A DNA stretch of 64,000 nucleotides from Amphiscolops sp. MND2022 (GCA_964187785.1 OZ076409.1:49912001-49976000), one strand, 5' to 3'; positions 1 through 14,559 are shown, counted from the first letter of the stretch. Numbers and translations are program-made. The notes: generated from the letters alone by a model not told the origin.

Positions 1-53
1 ACACAAACTTAGAGACTCCAAGATCCAGTTCTTGGGCAATCTTCTGTTGTCTA

Positions 54-164
54 CCAACGAGTCGTCTTCTTCTAGTCCGGGTCGTCCACCAACGAGTTGT
101 CCGGGTCGTCCACCAACGAGTTGTCCGGGTCGGCGGACCAACGAGTTGTCCGGGTCGGCGGACC
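54..164. repeat. 24-25 bp tandem repeat (CCAACGAGTTGTCCGGGTCG..), ~4 copies
   Basis: Unit visible directly, with TCCA/GCGGA variants. Confidence 0.85.
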
Positions 165-1569
165 GAATGTAACGGCTGCTTGCCCTTATCCTGCGCTGAG
201 GCTTGACAAGCTTTACGCCGCCCTGATCCGTTGCTTAGTGCTGTGGACCGTCACTAAACAATTCCTGGTTTTTCGTGTTTAAAGGACTGTATCTTTTGAC
301 TGGTGGGTCCGATGTGACCCGTGGAATCTCCTGCGATTCCTCTGTTCACTGAATTGGATCCGATGTGATCCTGCACACACTTCCCTCACAGTATCTTCAC
401 GCGCTCCGGCTCTCCAACTATGAGAGTAGCTACTTAGTCGCTCTAACTCTAGCGAAAAGTTGTGAAGATTGAGAAGTTGATTAATTAGTCTCTTGGTCCT
501 AAGACCCAACTTGACTATAGCTATTCAGTGGAGAAAATCTCTATCTAACAATGGTATACATATGGTTTACAGTTCTACAGTAAATATAAGCAAATATCAG
601 TTGAAATATGTTGTATAAATAAATGACATTTAAAGCATAAAATGAAGTTATTGGCTAAGTAAACAAACTATGTGGTGGTTTTGGCATGTTGGTCAGGTGG
701 GTTAGAAAGTATGTTTACACAATGTAAATATCAGTAATTTCAACAGAGATGAATTTCCTTCAAGGTCATATAGGAAAATCACATAATAATTAATATATCA
801 AAATTGGGATTTCATGGAGTCCGACCTAGGTCACTTTGGGTGTTAATTGCTCGGAACCCAGGTGAGATACGGGGTAGGTTGTTAAGAGTGAAAAGTTAGT
901 GTATCACCACCACTATATGTGTGCCAAGTTTCAAGGTGATTGAATCAGTGGTTTTCCGGGACGGGGGGGGGGGTGGTGTTTTTTTACATAGGGTCATTTT
1001 TGCTTAGACTTGTATTTTTCCATCTAAAATCTTGATAAATTTTCTAAGTGTTTTGAGTTGTAAGTTTCATCAGTCACGTTCGAATTTGAGTTTCTGATCT
1101 CGCAATTGACTGGCGCCAACAGGCTTGTTTTAAGCCTTGTTTAACAATCTCAAGATCCTTTTGAATTTACAACCTTTTAGTCAGGTTTTTGATTTCACGA
1201 TTTTTGCGATTTCACACCTCTTGTTTTGTTTCTTTCCTGCTGCATATTTGCAGCATAATTGTTAATCATTCCTTTTTGCTTCTTGTCCTGCGACTAAGAT
1301 ATTTATTATGCATAGAAAAGTCTACAGCATAATGCAGCAAAATTGGTTCTTTTGATCCATTCCTTTCTTCGAATTTACTTCATGATTCATTGACGCGTGA
1401 CAGCATAAACACTCGTATGTCTCATGACGTAATAGTGTTGACCTTTGTTGAATTTTATGTATTGCGAAGTTAGTCATCAACTTCACCGTTATGTCATTGT
1501 TTTTGTGCGTGCTTCTTTTGAGTTAGTTGTGAGTCATAACATTAGTATGTTGACGTTGTTTTGTTCCAG

Positions 1570-3222
1570 ATCATCGTAAACCTTGACTAAGATTTACACC
1601 AAGCTGTGGAACTTTTGGACCACCTCGTCAGCAATTGGGACAAAGTCGTGAAACATCTCAAAGATAGCCGACGTATTCCCATCTATCGTTCCCATATGCA
1701 AGAGGTTTGTATTCATTGTTTCTTTTCATTTTCGTCTTCAGTACGCAATTCATCTTTTTATCTTATTTGACACATATGCTGCCAGTGTTTCGTTCTCGGT
1801 ACTGTTATAATTTCCTCTTTGGTTCGAAATCTTCTTTTTCTTTTCAGCCCTCTGGGATGGACGATCTTCTCATCGGGGACCAAGTTTTTGTGGCACGATT
1901 GTTCATAACACGCAATGTCCTGAGCCAATGTTAGTATCTTGTTGCTTTTTGTCTAGTCTTTTACTTGTGTGTTTGTTATTATTTCTTTTCTTTGAACATT
2001 TTATTGTTTTAATGGTGATCCCTTTGATGTTGAATGTGTATTTTTGATTTCCTTGTGTTTCAGACAATTCGACCTTCCATGAAGTACACACTGCAGTTGC
2101 CGGCGGGTTCCGTCTTTTCAACCAGTTCTGTGTATTTGTGTATACCCAATTACTTGCCATATTTCCAGCTTCGTTCCTGGGCGACATCTCAAATTGGATA
2201 CTTATCTTTCCCTAGATTTGAACGACGATACACTTCCTTACAAAACTGTGGACCAATTTTTACAAGATCCAGATTTCTCAGTTTTGCTATCACGGAGCAA
2301 GATCTCGACGCCTCGACGTTTTGTGGGGCAGGCCATTGCCTTTTACCGTCATTTCACAGAATTGTTGCTTGCTAGTGATCTCGCTTCGTCCACATTTGCT
2401 CGAGGGTTATCCTCTTTTGATGAAGCCGTGATAAAAGATGGTACAGAGGCGCAATATACTGACTTCATTCAGCTCCTGGCAAGCTACTTTGTTCATCAGA
2501 ATTGGATCGCTCCTCATGTTAAACTTGTGATCGTGAGTGAGTATTGTTCTCTTGTCACGAATTTCAGGGCGATTAAAGTCTCCAGTACCAAAGATTGGGT
2601 CAGCTTCTTTTCATGCTATTATGAGTTTCAAAACTGCCTCGAATTGTTCCGGCTGTTCAGGACTTGTTGTGAGACCCTACGTAGTCCTTGCAATCCTCCA
2701 ACGCCATTCATCGTTGCTGTTCCAAGCCTTAGGTCAGATGCTGAAGAACTTTCGTCGTGTGTTCGGAGTCTGCAGTGTTCCATTGCTTCAATCCAGAAAG
2801 TCGAAAGTCTGTTTCTATCCGCTGTTGCACTCCCTCGGGCATATGATTTACTTAGTCAGGGACCTGGGTTACTGCACAAGCGGAGGTTTTCAGTTGGTCA
2901 TTTGCTTTCCTCAACTTATTTCCGTAAAATTGGGATCATAAAGACTCTGGAGGCGAGTTTTTCAAAGAGTTCTGCAACTGAGGAGGGATTGTGGCTCGTC
3001 TCCGAAGACAAGGACCCAGCTAGTTCCAGTCGTAGCCCTGGTGTCGCAAGCACCCCAACTACTTGTTCCCCAGAGAAGGTCGCTACACCTTCAGTATCTA
3101 GTCCTGTTGTAGGACGACTTGTTGAGATTCCCTTCATGCCGGAACCTGTTATTGCTAGTTCGTCCAGCAAGAAGGTGGTAAAGAGAAACAGTCCTGGTAA
3201 ATTGCTACCTAAGAGCAATTAG
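1570..3222 (+). pseudogene. Spliced antisense accessory gene of Gypsy A (hAT-transposase-derived, C-terminal part)
   Basis: Exons ~1570-1704, ~1848-1929 and ~2064-3222 with ag/gt edges. Peptides AVELLDHLVSNWDKVVKHL, DQFLQDPDF and FRLFRTCCETLRSP align by eye with the ORFs at 11079-12657 and 61130-62430. Confidence 0.65.
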
Positions 3223-3368
3223 TTTGTTCATGTTGTCAACTTTTGAACTGTCAATTTTTATGTATTTACAGTTTTTGTTTTCATTTAGATTAGGAATTTT
3301 GCTGTGTTTATCAGTATTTGTGAGCAGCATGTGAAGATAGCGATTTGAGTCTTGTTAGTGTTCTGTTT

Positions 3369-6300
3369 TCAATATCTGTAATAATCCGAGAAGTTAGGAT
3401 TTGGGTTGGGTCGTAGATTGTATTTTTCACCACGTGTATTGGTAGGGGTTTTTTCTTTTTGAACCTCATCGTTTTCTTGATTTTCAGCTGTATTTTCTGG
3501 AAAAATTTCTGTATCAATAGTAGGGTTAGGTAGTAAGTCTTGCTGATTATCAATTGCATCAATTTCATTTTCTGCATTTTCGGTTGGGGTTTCTACATTA
3601 GGAACGGTAGTTTGTTCTACCGGGCCTCCCCCACTGTTTTTTGAAATTTCGAGGGAGGGTGGGCGGTTTATCGGTACATATTCTTGTATGTCATCTTGTT
3701 CGTTATCTGGGAGTTCTGTGTCAAATGGATCTGTACCAAAGTTTGTATCCCATGAATGGGCATACAGATCATCGTGTGTTACTACTATGTTGTCATCTTT
3801 TTGCCAATCTGTTTCTCTGACAAAATTATCGGCTAGTGGTGCGCTAGGTGTAAATTTCCTCAAACGAATTCGGTGTAACAGTTGTGTTTTGTTTGTCCCT
3901 AGCCTTCGTACAATGTAATTATTGTTAGGTAGGACTTTTTCGACTTTGTAGGGACCTATCCAACGGAATTCCTGAAACGGAATTTTTGTTGCTTGTGTGT
4001 CTGCCTTCGGGTTCAGTATGTAGCAATAGACTGTTGTATTAAGCAGTGCTGCTTTAGCCTTGCGGTCATAGTATGCTTTATATTTTAAGTATGACTGAAT
4101 GATATTCTTTTTGGTTTGGTCATTCAGTATCTCCATTCTGCGTTTTATTTCTTCTGCAATGTCAGTCTGTGGAGTATAACTTGGGTTCGGATTATAGCCT
4201 AGGTTGTAGTCTAGTATGTTATGTGGTATCCTGCCGTGGAAAACACGGGTGGGTTCACATCCTAAGCTGGCATGATACGTTGTGTTGAGGTTTAAGACAG
4301 CCAGTGGTAGGAATTTGTGCCAATTATTGCGAAATTCACCTGTAGCTGCTTTCAAATGTGTTTTTACTGTAGCTTGAGTGCGTTCTAGCATGCCGATTGT
4401 TTGTGCATGTTTTGTCGAAGCATGTTTTAGTTCAACTCCAAGCACTGCTGCTACTTCTCGGGTGATTTGTGAGTTGAATTGAGTGCCCATGTCAGTTATT
4501 ATGGTCGTTGGTAAATATGCGTGTTTGCACAAAATGTCCATAATGACTCTTGCGACAGCAGGGGCTGTGATTCGGGTTGTTGAATAAGCAAATAAGTATC
4601 TTGGGAAGACATCAATTGCTGTTATGATGTTATCAAACTATTTTTTTCTGTATCTTGGTGGGAGATTAGGTAAGATGTCCATCTGAAGAATATCTTCTGG
4701 ACCGAGGTCCCATTCTGAGCAATTTAGAAGTTCTGTTTTCAGTAAATCGTTATTGATTCTTTTGTTTTGAATGCACATTTGGCAGTTTTGAACCCAATTT
4801 TTGATGTGCTTTGCCAAGTAAGGGTAACAGTATTTCTGTCGCGCTTCCTGTATCATTTTTGTTATTCATGGGTGATTTGCATTGTGTCCATGCAATGCTT
4901 GTAGGAACTCCTCGAGAAGCTGTTTCGGTAAGAGTATTTCGTAGTGTCAGATTTGTCCAATATCATTGTAGTATTTTTGTGCAAGAATGTCTTGGCGGAT
5001 TTCGATGCGGGGTATGTTTTGTAGGTAATGTTGGTAGCGATTGTCTTGTGTGAACACTGATTCATCAAAAAGCTCACCCTCTATTTTTGCTCTGAGATTG
5101 CGAAGGACTGGGTCATTATTTTGTTCGAGTCGGATTTTTGCGTTGTCTCGAAAAAGTCCTTCCTGATAATCTATTGTTCCGGCAGTTGGTTTATGGAAAT
5201 TTTGTAATTTAGTTATTTCATTTCCCGGTTCATTATGTGTTCCTGTTTGTGCTTGATTTCTGATTTTGTCTTTTTGTTCCCAGAGTGTTTTTTCATCATT
5301 TTCATCGTCTGGGTGGACGTAAATTTGTTCTTCTTCAGCTATGCCAGAGGATTGGATATTAACCTCGAAAGCTTTTGATTGTATGTAGTTACGTAAATTC
5401 ATTTCTAGTTTTTCTGTCGGGTTGATTTCCGTTCGCGACAAGAAGTCTGCAGCCGTATTCATTGCTCCTGCTACATGTGCTCTGACAAAATTGTACTGCA
5501 GGACGTAGTCGCATGCGTTCCATAGTGCTGGGGGAATGATTTTTGTTTGGAAAAATCTGGTGACTGCTCGGTTGTCGGTAAAAACAATTACAGCAAAAGT
5601 ACTACCCCACATTAGGTGTCCAAATTCTGAAAATGCGAAGAAAATGGCTAAAAACTCTTTCGCATATATTGACATTTTTAATTGGGTTGGGTTGAAAGTT
5701 TTTGAGCCAAATGCAATTGGTGCGTATGTTTTGCGTTTTGATTGTAGTTTTTGTCGAGGGTCGTCTTCAATCATAATCGCATATCCTGCAGCTGTAAAAC
5801 TGGCATCTGACATGACGATTAGTTGTTTGTCTTTAGGTGGTTGTTTGAGTGCCATTTGGCATGATTGAAGGGGAACGTTGTTTAACTGTTCAAAATTGCT
5901 CGTGAGTTCGGTAGAAATGTGGAATTTGTTGGTTTCTTTCAGTAGTTTGAAGAAAGGGGTGAGTCGTTCCGAAAGGCGTGGTATACAATTTCTGTAATAA
6001 TTCAGAAAACCAATATATCTTTGAAGGCCTTTTTTGGATTTGGGGAATTTAAGTTTCGCTAAGAAATCTTTACCTTTGTCTACATGGGGAGAAACTCCTT
6101 CAGGTGTGATCGTTCTTCCCAGGAAGTCGACTTGTTTCACTCCAAAATGGCATTTTGACATTGAAAATTTCACTCCTGCGTTCCGTATACATTCAAAGAC
6201 TGCTCGGATGTTTATACACAGTTGTGTCACTGTGTTTGCTGCAATTCCGATGTCATCGACGTATTGGGCGCATTGGTCTGCTTTGATGAGGGTGTAGGGT

Positions 6301-7895
6301 GTCTAAGTATTCCCGTATGAAACTGGAGAATGCTGATAGTGATCGGCTAAGGCCTTGTGCTAATCGCCGATACGCAAAGGTTCGGCTAGCAAAGTTAAAG
6401 GCCAACATCTGAATTGATTGGTAATCTGCCATCTGAAGGCAGTGATACGCTTGTGAACAGTCAAGTTTACAGAATAATTTCTTTCTTGCCATATGTTGGG
6501 CTGCGTCGGAAAGTGTACTGACTGGGTGGTTGTTGTTTACGTAGTCTTGGAGATGAGATTATTTATTTTGCGCAAGTTGACTAAGAGTCGTAGTCGGCCA
6601 TTTGGTTTTCGTTGCGCAAAAATGGGACTTGCATATTTAGAGAAAGGTAGAGTTGTTATTATACCATACTTGTGAAGTAAGGCAAGTTCTACCGTGATGT
6701 CGTCTTTTAGGTTGATCGGTGTTGGAAGGTTCGGCTATATGCTGTTCGGACATCGTTTGGTGTAAGTTTGACTATGAATTCTCTATTTGTTCCTATGTCA
6801 AACCTGTGTCGGGCGAAATTATCGTGAAATTCAACCAGCAATTCTTCCACTTTCTGTCGTTCAAACAGTGTGAGTGTGGTGTCACTCCAGTCAAAGTTGT
6901 CAAGAAATGTTTTGCGTGAATTTTCGTCATCCTGTGGGTTAAGTTTTTCTAGTGTTTGAAGTTCCACTAGTTCGTCAAATATTCGTTTCTGAAAAGGTGT
7001 GTATGTTGTGGCGTCTCCAGGTTGTTCCGCTCTTGGAAACCAGTATTGTTCCGTTTTGTCTTCTTTGTTATTTACTTTTAGAAGTTCATTGAGGTACACA
7101 TCCGTAACTTCAGTATGTTGATGCATGATGAATGTTAGCATTGAAGGGTTGATTGGTTTAATATATTTCAACTGTGCTGGGGTTAAAACTCGAAAGTCGG
7201 CTAGATGTGTTTCTGTTGTGATTGTATAGGGTAGTTCTGAGAAATTGCAGATCTGGTATCATACTGCGTTATTGTTAACTGTACAGGCAGAGGAAGGATA
7301 CAAGGAAAAGTGTGTCATGATCTTCAAGGTGCGTAGATGGCGTTACTATGCCTGTTGCGTCATGATCAAGTTCGGCATTTTGCTTGCAATGAGCATCGTT
7401 TCACCCGGTTGCAGTGTGTATGTTGCTTCTGCAAGTAGTGGTGTTGATTGTCGTGTTGGAAGAGTGTGTTCTGGTTTCAATTGCATTGATAAATGCGGAA
7501 AAGTTAATATTCCTTGTCGTATGTCGAAAATGGCATTGTTCCTCTTTAAGAAACAAAGTCCAATTAGAGGATTCGGTAAGACTTTCATGACAATGAAGTT
7601 TTCTTTGAACATAAAATCTGCCACTTCAAATGTTAGGCAGACTGTTCCTATTGGCGTTTCCAATTGTCCGTTTGCTACCATTATTTGAAAAGTGGGTGCA
7701 GGACCTGTCTCGGGTGCAAGAAGTTTGATTTTATATAGGTCTTGTTCCGATATTACGCTCGTGAGAGCTACGGTATCGATTAGGCCGTTAAGTGTAAATT
7801 TTCGAAATCCATCGGAAAGTAATACATTTGGCGTGTGCTTTTCAGTGTCAGGTTGGTTGATAGAAGAAGCATTGGTATATCTGTTTCTTTATTAA
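3369..7895 (-). pseudogene. pol: Gypsy pol (protease, RT, RNase H, integrase), frameshifted
   Basis: LIDTVA protease-like motif ~7770, YVDD ~6255, RNase H SDAS/KEFLA/TDN, integrase CxxC, TDMGTQF, MLER and the WIGPY GPY/F motif. Confidence 0.92.
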
Positions 7896-8139
7896 TCGTA
7901 AGATGATTTTAAATTTCATCATCTTTGAGGGGTACCTTTTGTATTGATGCAGGTTTGGTTGGTATTTCAGATAAGTCTTGTGTTTGGAGAGGGTCAAAAT
8001 TGTTTTTCGGAAGAGGTTCTGGTAAGTTTTGTGGTGAGGTTTCGTGTTCAGATTCAAACAGATTTTCTGGTATTTTTTCGTTACTTATGTCAAGATGTGT
8101 GGTTATGTATCTGTCAGGGGCGTGTCTGTATATTTCGAA

Positions 8140-9915
8140 CAAAACGTCCTCTGATTCGTTTTGTTGAGTTCCTGGAGTATGAGAGTCGGTCTGTTGTGTG
8201 AAAGTGTTTGTTTTTATTGGGTAAGGAGTTGGATGCTGCCAGTCATCTTTCTCCTCTGATTTTGTGGGGTGTGGCTTTATTAAATTAAATCCTTCGATGA
8301 TGAAGGTTGTTGTCGGGGTGCTTTCGGGTTAATATATTTGTCGGAGTTTTTGTAATTTTCAATGAGTTTTTTCTGTGCTTCGGTTAGTGTTCATTTTGGG
8401 GGGCGATTTTCCATATTTGCTCCGAAGTAGCATGTTGGTTCCTCATGTCCTTGTGCGTTACAATGCGTACATCGTATTGCATCAGGGTCTTCTTCCAACT
8501 TACGACGTTTTGCTAGTTCAGCTTAGTCTGCTGCCTTGTGCCCTGTGTTTTTACAATAACGACATCGGTCATCTTGCAATGTATTGTTGGGCTCCGTTTT
8601 TGGTGTTTGTTGGTGCTTTTTTGTTGTTGCAGTTTTCTGCTGCGATGGTTTGTCTTCTGCTGGTTTGTTTATTACTGCCATTTGTGTTTTAACGACAGTG
8701 TCTTCTGATTCAAGTCCGTTTAATACCAACTCACGTTCGAGATGTCGGACTTTTGCTCGTATGTTCCATTGTCAAGATAGGCTTGATTAAAAGAACGTTT
8801 CAAATGTGGTGGCATTTTTGCATATGATAGACTTTCTATCATTTGTGATGCAATGTCACCAAAAGCTTTTTCGGCGCTTTTTTGTAATTCTTCTAAGAAG
8901 TCTGGTAGTTTCTGGCGTTCCGAGTCGAAAACCAAGCGATGAATTCTATCTTTTGCGGACGCACTAGATTCGGGCTTGACGTATTTTCTCCTGAGCACTA
9001 CCAGTATATCTTCAAGTGTGGTTGTTGGTGTTCGTGGAATATTTTTGAATTTTTTCAATGCTAATCCACGCAAATGCGCGTGAAAACGATTTATTTTCAA
9101 TTTCTCAGTTAATGCGTTGGTTGCATTCTGAGTGTTGTGTGGAAAAGATCTTCGAAATATTCGAATTTCCCATTCTTTTCCAATTTCCCAATGAAAGTGA
9201 GTGTATTTTTGGATGAAAGAGTGATGGTTGTGAATTACGACTCGCTAATTTCTCAATAGCCATTGCTATTTGGTTAACGGGGTCTTGCTGAATGGTGAGT
9301 GGTATTGTTTGAGCTTTGACGATGAAGTGGTTTGGTAACTCCTGTCACCATGTGATAATCCTCTCCTGTGCGGTCCTCATTTATGACCACAGAGTCATTT
9401 AGATCAATGTTTTGCATGCTCAAAGGTTGCATTGGCGTTCTAAGTTCGTTTAAATTAGATGGCCTGAAAGGATTTTCCTGTATTTCACATTCTTGATTTT
9501 CTGGCTCAGATGCGTTTTCTTCACCGTCCTCATTACTTGCATATTTTGAGGTTCCTGCTCTGGGGTTGTTTTGTTCTCGATATCGTCTGTTTGGTACGGA
9601 TTGTGTTCTTCTGTTATTTTTCATCTTTTCCAGTATTTTCTCTAGTTTTTTATCCATTTCTTTCCTTAAGTTTGCTACTTCTTTGTTCGTCTTATCTGAT
9701 ATTCTTTGAGTCCAAATTTGCATTTCATCTTCATTTTGTGTTCCACTGTCTAGAGCTATTTCTTCGTCCCTAACTGAACTAACATTTTCAAAGTTACTTA
9801 AAGTTTCGATAACAGTTTCATTACCTTGTGATGTCTCTATTTCGGATGTGCTCAACTCTCTCTCAAGTGAGGGTGATTGTCCTCGTCTAGATCTTTTATT
9901 TCTCTTGTTACCCAT
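8140..9915 (-). pseudogene. gag: Gypsy gag, frameshifted; starts inside the LTR
   Basis: MGNKRNKRSRR start at 9915, capsid-like segment 8720-9100, zinc knuckle CRYCKNTGH ~8545-8570. Confidence 0.75.
9337..9350 (-). promoter_or_regulatory. Primer-binding site (tRNA-Leu-like)
   Basis: TGGTGACAGGAGTT immediately follows the LTR end ...TATCACA on the minus strand; close to the TGGTGTCAGGAGT complement of the tRNA-Leu(CAG) 3' end. Confidence 0.7.
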
Positions 9916-10251
9916 TTTAGTTAGGTTAAAATGCTGTTTTGGAGAGAAGAATTTCAATTAGAATGATGTGCAAAGTAAAATTAGGTTGAAATGAATTTGA
10001 AGAAAATGCGCATTATGTTAACTTATCAAAGTTGAAACAAAGGTTGTGAGGATGAAAAAAAGGTCTGATTAGTCTGAAAGTTTTCTGTTGAATGGTTATT
10101 TTTGTGTTTTTACTCTCCTTTTTGATTTGGGCTAAATTTAGCAGCATGACAAGCATTTTTTAACGAATCATCATTACATCAATATTAAGTAATGGCTAAA
10201 AATAGCGATCCGTTATTTTCCAAAATTATATAAATAGATACTTACATCACA
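9351..10251 (-). repeat. 5' LTR of Gypsy A (outer end tentative)
   Basis: TGTGATA at 9351 abuts the PBS; candidate inverted end CATCACA at 10245-10251. No second LTR to confirm. Confidence 0.45.
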
Positions 10252-10679
10252 CAATTATCTATTAATAGCATCCTGCATGACGTCATATACTTCATTTGAT
10301 TGGTTACGTCTAGATCACCTTGAGCACTGATAAAAAGTGAATACTACATCATGATTCATTTGACTCCATACCAGTACATTACCGAAGTAACTAAGTGTGA
10401 ATACAAATGAGTCATATCTTCGAAGGTCATGTTCTAAATTTCAAAGGAATGAAATTATACTGCATTATGCTGCAAACGTTATGCAGAATCAATACCAGTT
10501 GCAGGTCACATGCTATTATGTATAACAGTATTATACTGCCGCATAATTTATTCATTTCACAAACTTCTGAACAAGGTAACATTAGGCATAAAGCGAATGA
10601 ACAACTATTACCATGTGCGTGTTTGTATGTAAATCAGCAGTAGTAAGGGTATTTACATAGCATCAATAGCAAATAAAAC

Positions 10680-13600
10680 TTAACACAACTGTTTTAAAAA
10701 ACATCGCAAAGAAATTAACATAACACGAGTTTTACGTGGTGACAATATTTTGAATGGGGACAGTAGACGGTTTGAAGCATTTGCCGTCAACGCTGCACCC
10801 CGGATCCAGCACATGCTCTCGGCGGTGACAACGAGAGACATGAACCTTAAAGAATTCACAAAAGCGCTCATAAAGACAGCATGTCCATCGCTACATATCC
10901 TACTCCAAGGATCAAAGCCCTCTTGCGCCATGGAATCTTGAGAATCGGAGATAGCAGACTAAACACACTCTATGGTGAGCATTGAAAAAGTGCCCCCTGC
11001 TTGTAATTGGGCGCTGCAACATAACTTTGAATGCCACGGATACAAGATTTAACAACTACAGATGGCACACTAGATCCGTCAAATCAACCTCCTCATGGGG
11101 ATATTGCAAAAAGGGCCCCGGATTATCAGGCAGCACAACTTGAGAACACGGCATAAAATTTTCTGCGTCACGAAAACATTATCAGCCAGTAAATGTGTGA
11201 TAACATCGGCGATATCTTCAGACTGACAACCACTACCCAAATGACGAGCACGTACGTCCACAACGAATGTGGCAAACTCGTCCACAGCTGCTTTCGACTT
11301 CACAGAGGACACAACAGCACCCGAATCAATCTGCCAAACAGGGTAAACACACAGTGGTCGTCCCTTTCCAGGAGCACCGCTGGATAAAACAACACACGCC
11401 CTGCAAAAACTCGGATGACACCAATAAATGCGACAATATAACGTCGCCGAGACGGTCAATAAATCGTCGACATCGACTGTGGAAATTATTGAATTCACTG
11501 GTTTTCATCTGTCGCAAAGTAGCACCAAACTCGTACTACGAATGAAATCAGCATCTCCAACCTTCGCAAAACTGGCAATCTTCTTAGCATCCATATAATC
11601 TTCCCATGAATTCAGATCAAGCAGAGAAGATGCTTTCAGGTTAGCTGACAATACTCGAATTGGCAGAATTCTACGTAACAGTGGAAAGCGTAGTCGGCAC
11701 GTGTCGAACTCTGCTTCTTAAAGGAACACGAATCTAAACACCATCACTATCTAGCACCGATAATAGAAATCGTAGAAAAAAAGCAAACGAATACTAACGC
11801 AACTCCCTGACGTGCACGAAGAGTCCCAATCTCAACTCGTTAGTATTCTCCGAGAACACGAGCCAGTCGATGCCACGCATCTACAAGTTAAAACAATGAT
11901 TCAAAGATCACAACAATGAACACAATATGAGAGAAAAAAACCTCAACTACAACTGAAAACGAAATGACGACGTTCTACTTAAAACATACCCTCCAATTTC
12001 AACCTGAAGAAAGGAATGCACTTACCCTATCAGGCTGGGTCTGGATGTGAGGAGGGCCAGTATAACGCACGTTTTCACGAACCGAATCCCACACAGAAAT
12101 CAGTTCCGTTACAACCGCACAAATTCGGCAAAAGAGACCTGTACAGCAATTACACTGCGTCGGAGGTTCACAATGTCCTCCATCCAGGGCTTTTGGAGGG
12201 CACCACGCAATTCCACCATAAGGAAGTCGATAGTCGACGTCATTTCCAACATGCCAAAAGTTTCCTGGTGTGCTTCGCGATACACTTCGTCTGTGAAATC
12301 CCGGCAAACAACAAAGCGACGTCCATCAACACGATTATCACTCAGAATTCGATGCAAGGTCGGACTACCACCGTTTATTGAAAGTGGCCACTGGCAGGAC
12401 GCAAGACTATTGATGATGCGTGACAAACAAAACAACTCAGCACTCAGCAAATGTGACTTGCGGCCCGAGTGACTCCACACACGCGCAGACGTCCTGAAGA
12501 TATACATCGTCCTCTGTCCGCAAAATCCAATAAAGTTCATCTCCACGCTCTTCATAGAAGTCGCTGTGGTCTTTAAAGGTCGCAACCCGTGCAAACAGAG
12601 ATCGCAACATCCGAGGAAATATGGCACGACAGAGCAACGCCTAAAACAGAAACTCAATGTATCGAATGATTACTGACGACAAGACACACCACTATATGAA
12701 ACAAGACACCATTCAACGAGATCTACATAATACATACGAAACAATAGGAAGAGGAAAGCAAAAGAAACAACTTACCAAGGATTCAGCTCGTCTTCAATTC
12801 ATTTTATACAGAGAGGTTGCCGGGGCCCAATGTTGCGCGGAAGCAACCCCACAATCTACGCAAAAAATGGTAGCTTCCACCACAACGACACAGTTCAAGC
12901 AGACAGTTCACCATCGTCATCAAAGGAACTGAAGAATGTACGCGCGTACAAGCCGGCAAAAGCTCCTTTTGAAACCTGAAACCCTCGGATTTTCCTTTCC
13001 AGGGGCGATTCATGTAGCGTTTCACTTGCGCTTCGGACAGCTCCACAGGGTCCATCAAACAATTGAAAATCGGCAGGTTGTTCTGCACACAATACGTCAC
13101 GTCTAAATCCCAATAGCGTTTCCCAAAGAAATGGCGAGTAAACTCCGCTGCTCTTTGTGACTCCATTGAGACGTCACGATGACCAATCATGCAATGGAAA
13201 AACTTATCCTAACCAGTGCTGGAACCACTCACAAATAACTCGAAAACGGGTTGGTTAGCCACCATATCACGGCGGAGTCGATTCTGCGAACTGTACACCC
13301 GTTTCCGGCCAGAAAAAGACCTTTTAAAGTTGTTTCCACACAATTCACCAACTTCTCGAATCCTACAATCACAACACGTAAACTGTTGACTCGACATTGA
13401 TGACAAGAATGGGAACATCTAAAATACAACTCCGAAACGGCCCAACAATTGTCAATGAATATGTTTACAAATGAGAAGAAAGAGAACGTACTTCCAACAA
13501 AGGGCTCTAAAGATCGACCCTCCAATTCAGAGACTTCAATTGCTTCTCTCAGTCTATCAGATTGCTGATCACAACCAGAAGGTGAAGACTTTGGCAGATC

Positions 13601-14303
13601 AACAGCCTCATCATCTGTGCTGCCGAACGTAAACCCTCTGGGCCTCGGAAGCCCATCAGAAGCCGATGGTCGTGGATGACTCGACAAAGCCTGCACACAA
13701 GTTCCTTGCACAGTCGGGGACACCACACGAACTATCAAACACAAACCATACAAATTACCATCATAACTCACCCGCGAACAGCAGTTACATGAAGATAAAC
13801 ATGGAAAAAAGAGAGAAGGGAAGAAAATAAACACAATCTCTCACCTCGTTTAACTATTAGAGAAGACGCTTGACTCCCAAAAGTTTGCACAAACTCAGGC
13901 AAGAAAGTGCTAAAACGGGGCGAAGTCATGGTTTGGCTGTCAAGTATCTCTGCTGATTGTCTTGGCTGCTCTCCTTCGCTCTGCTCAGGAGGTGGGATAG
14001 ATGCTCACCTCCGTGAGCCTCAGCAACAACCGCAGAAGATGGGGCACTAGAGGCAGCCGCCAAAGGAGCTTCAGAGTCCCCCTCACAAGAAGCAGAAGAA
14101 AGTTTACCCTCAGGAAGAACGAAAGAAGCAGCAGCAGCAGACACGGGAGTAACATCAGGTATGACTGCCGTAGACAAAGAAAGGCCACCAAGTGGCTCCA
14201 CGGAAGTATCAGAAAGATCTGCTGGAAGTGTAGTAACTTCAGGATTATTCGAAGTGACGACAGAAGAAAAAACTGGTCCAGACACTAAAATAACATTCCC
14301 CAA
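10680..14303 (-). pseudogene. Multi-exon antisense accessory gene of element B (zinc finger plus hAT-like body)
   Basis: FHCMIGHRDVSMES..RH zinc-finger remnant ~13200, LISVWDSVR, FATFVVDVR and LCRVLKLCC. GTAAG/GTATG donors at ~12775, ~12025 and ~11990. Stops and frameshifts present. Confidence 0.7.
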
Positions 14304-14559
14304 TTTCGACGCGTCAAGAAAATCTAAGCTGTGGAAATGTTTTTACAGGAAAGGCCTATCTGTTAAAAAAAATTTCCGCAAAAACTTAATGGAATAAGCT
14401 GATAACATGCATAGCAAGTGCTGGCGGATCGACAAGATCAGCGTCACTATCACGCACATCCCCCTCCGAAAACAGAAATTGCGTCCCGTGATCGCTCTGT
14501 GCGCCAAGATCAATAACTGGAGTCGTAGTAGGACGGGAGTCTGAAAGCACAACCAACAT

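Larger units (their letters stand above)
1570..10251 (-). mobile_element. Ty3/Gypsy LTR retrotransposon A, degenerate; 3' LTR not seen
   Basis: gag-PR-RT-RH-IN order on the minus strand, PBS at 9337-9350, antisense accessory gene at 1570-3222. Outer boundaries approximate. Confidence 0.85.

Noticed and set aside
54..164. Possible CRISPR-like array
   Set aside because: No unique spacers; simple tandem repeat in eukaryotic context.
1240..1560. 3' LTR of Gypsy A matching 10250-10670
   Set aside because: Only short shared words in mixed orientation; no collinear direct repeat.
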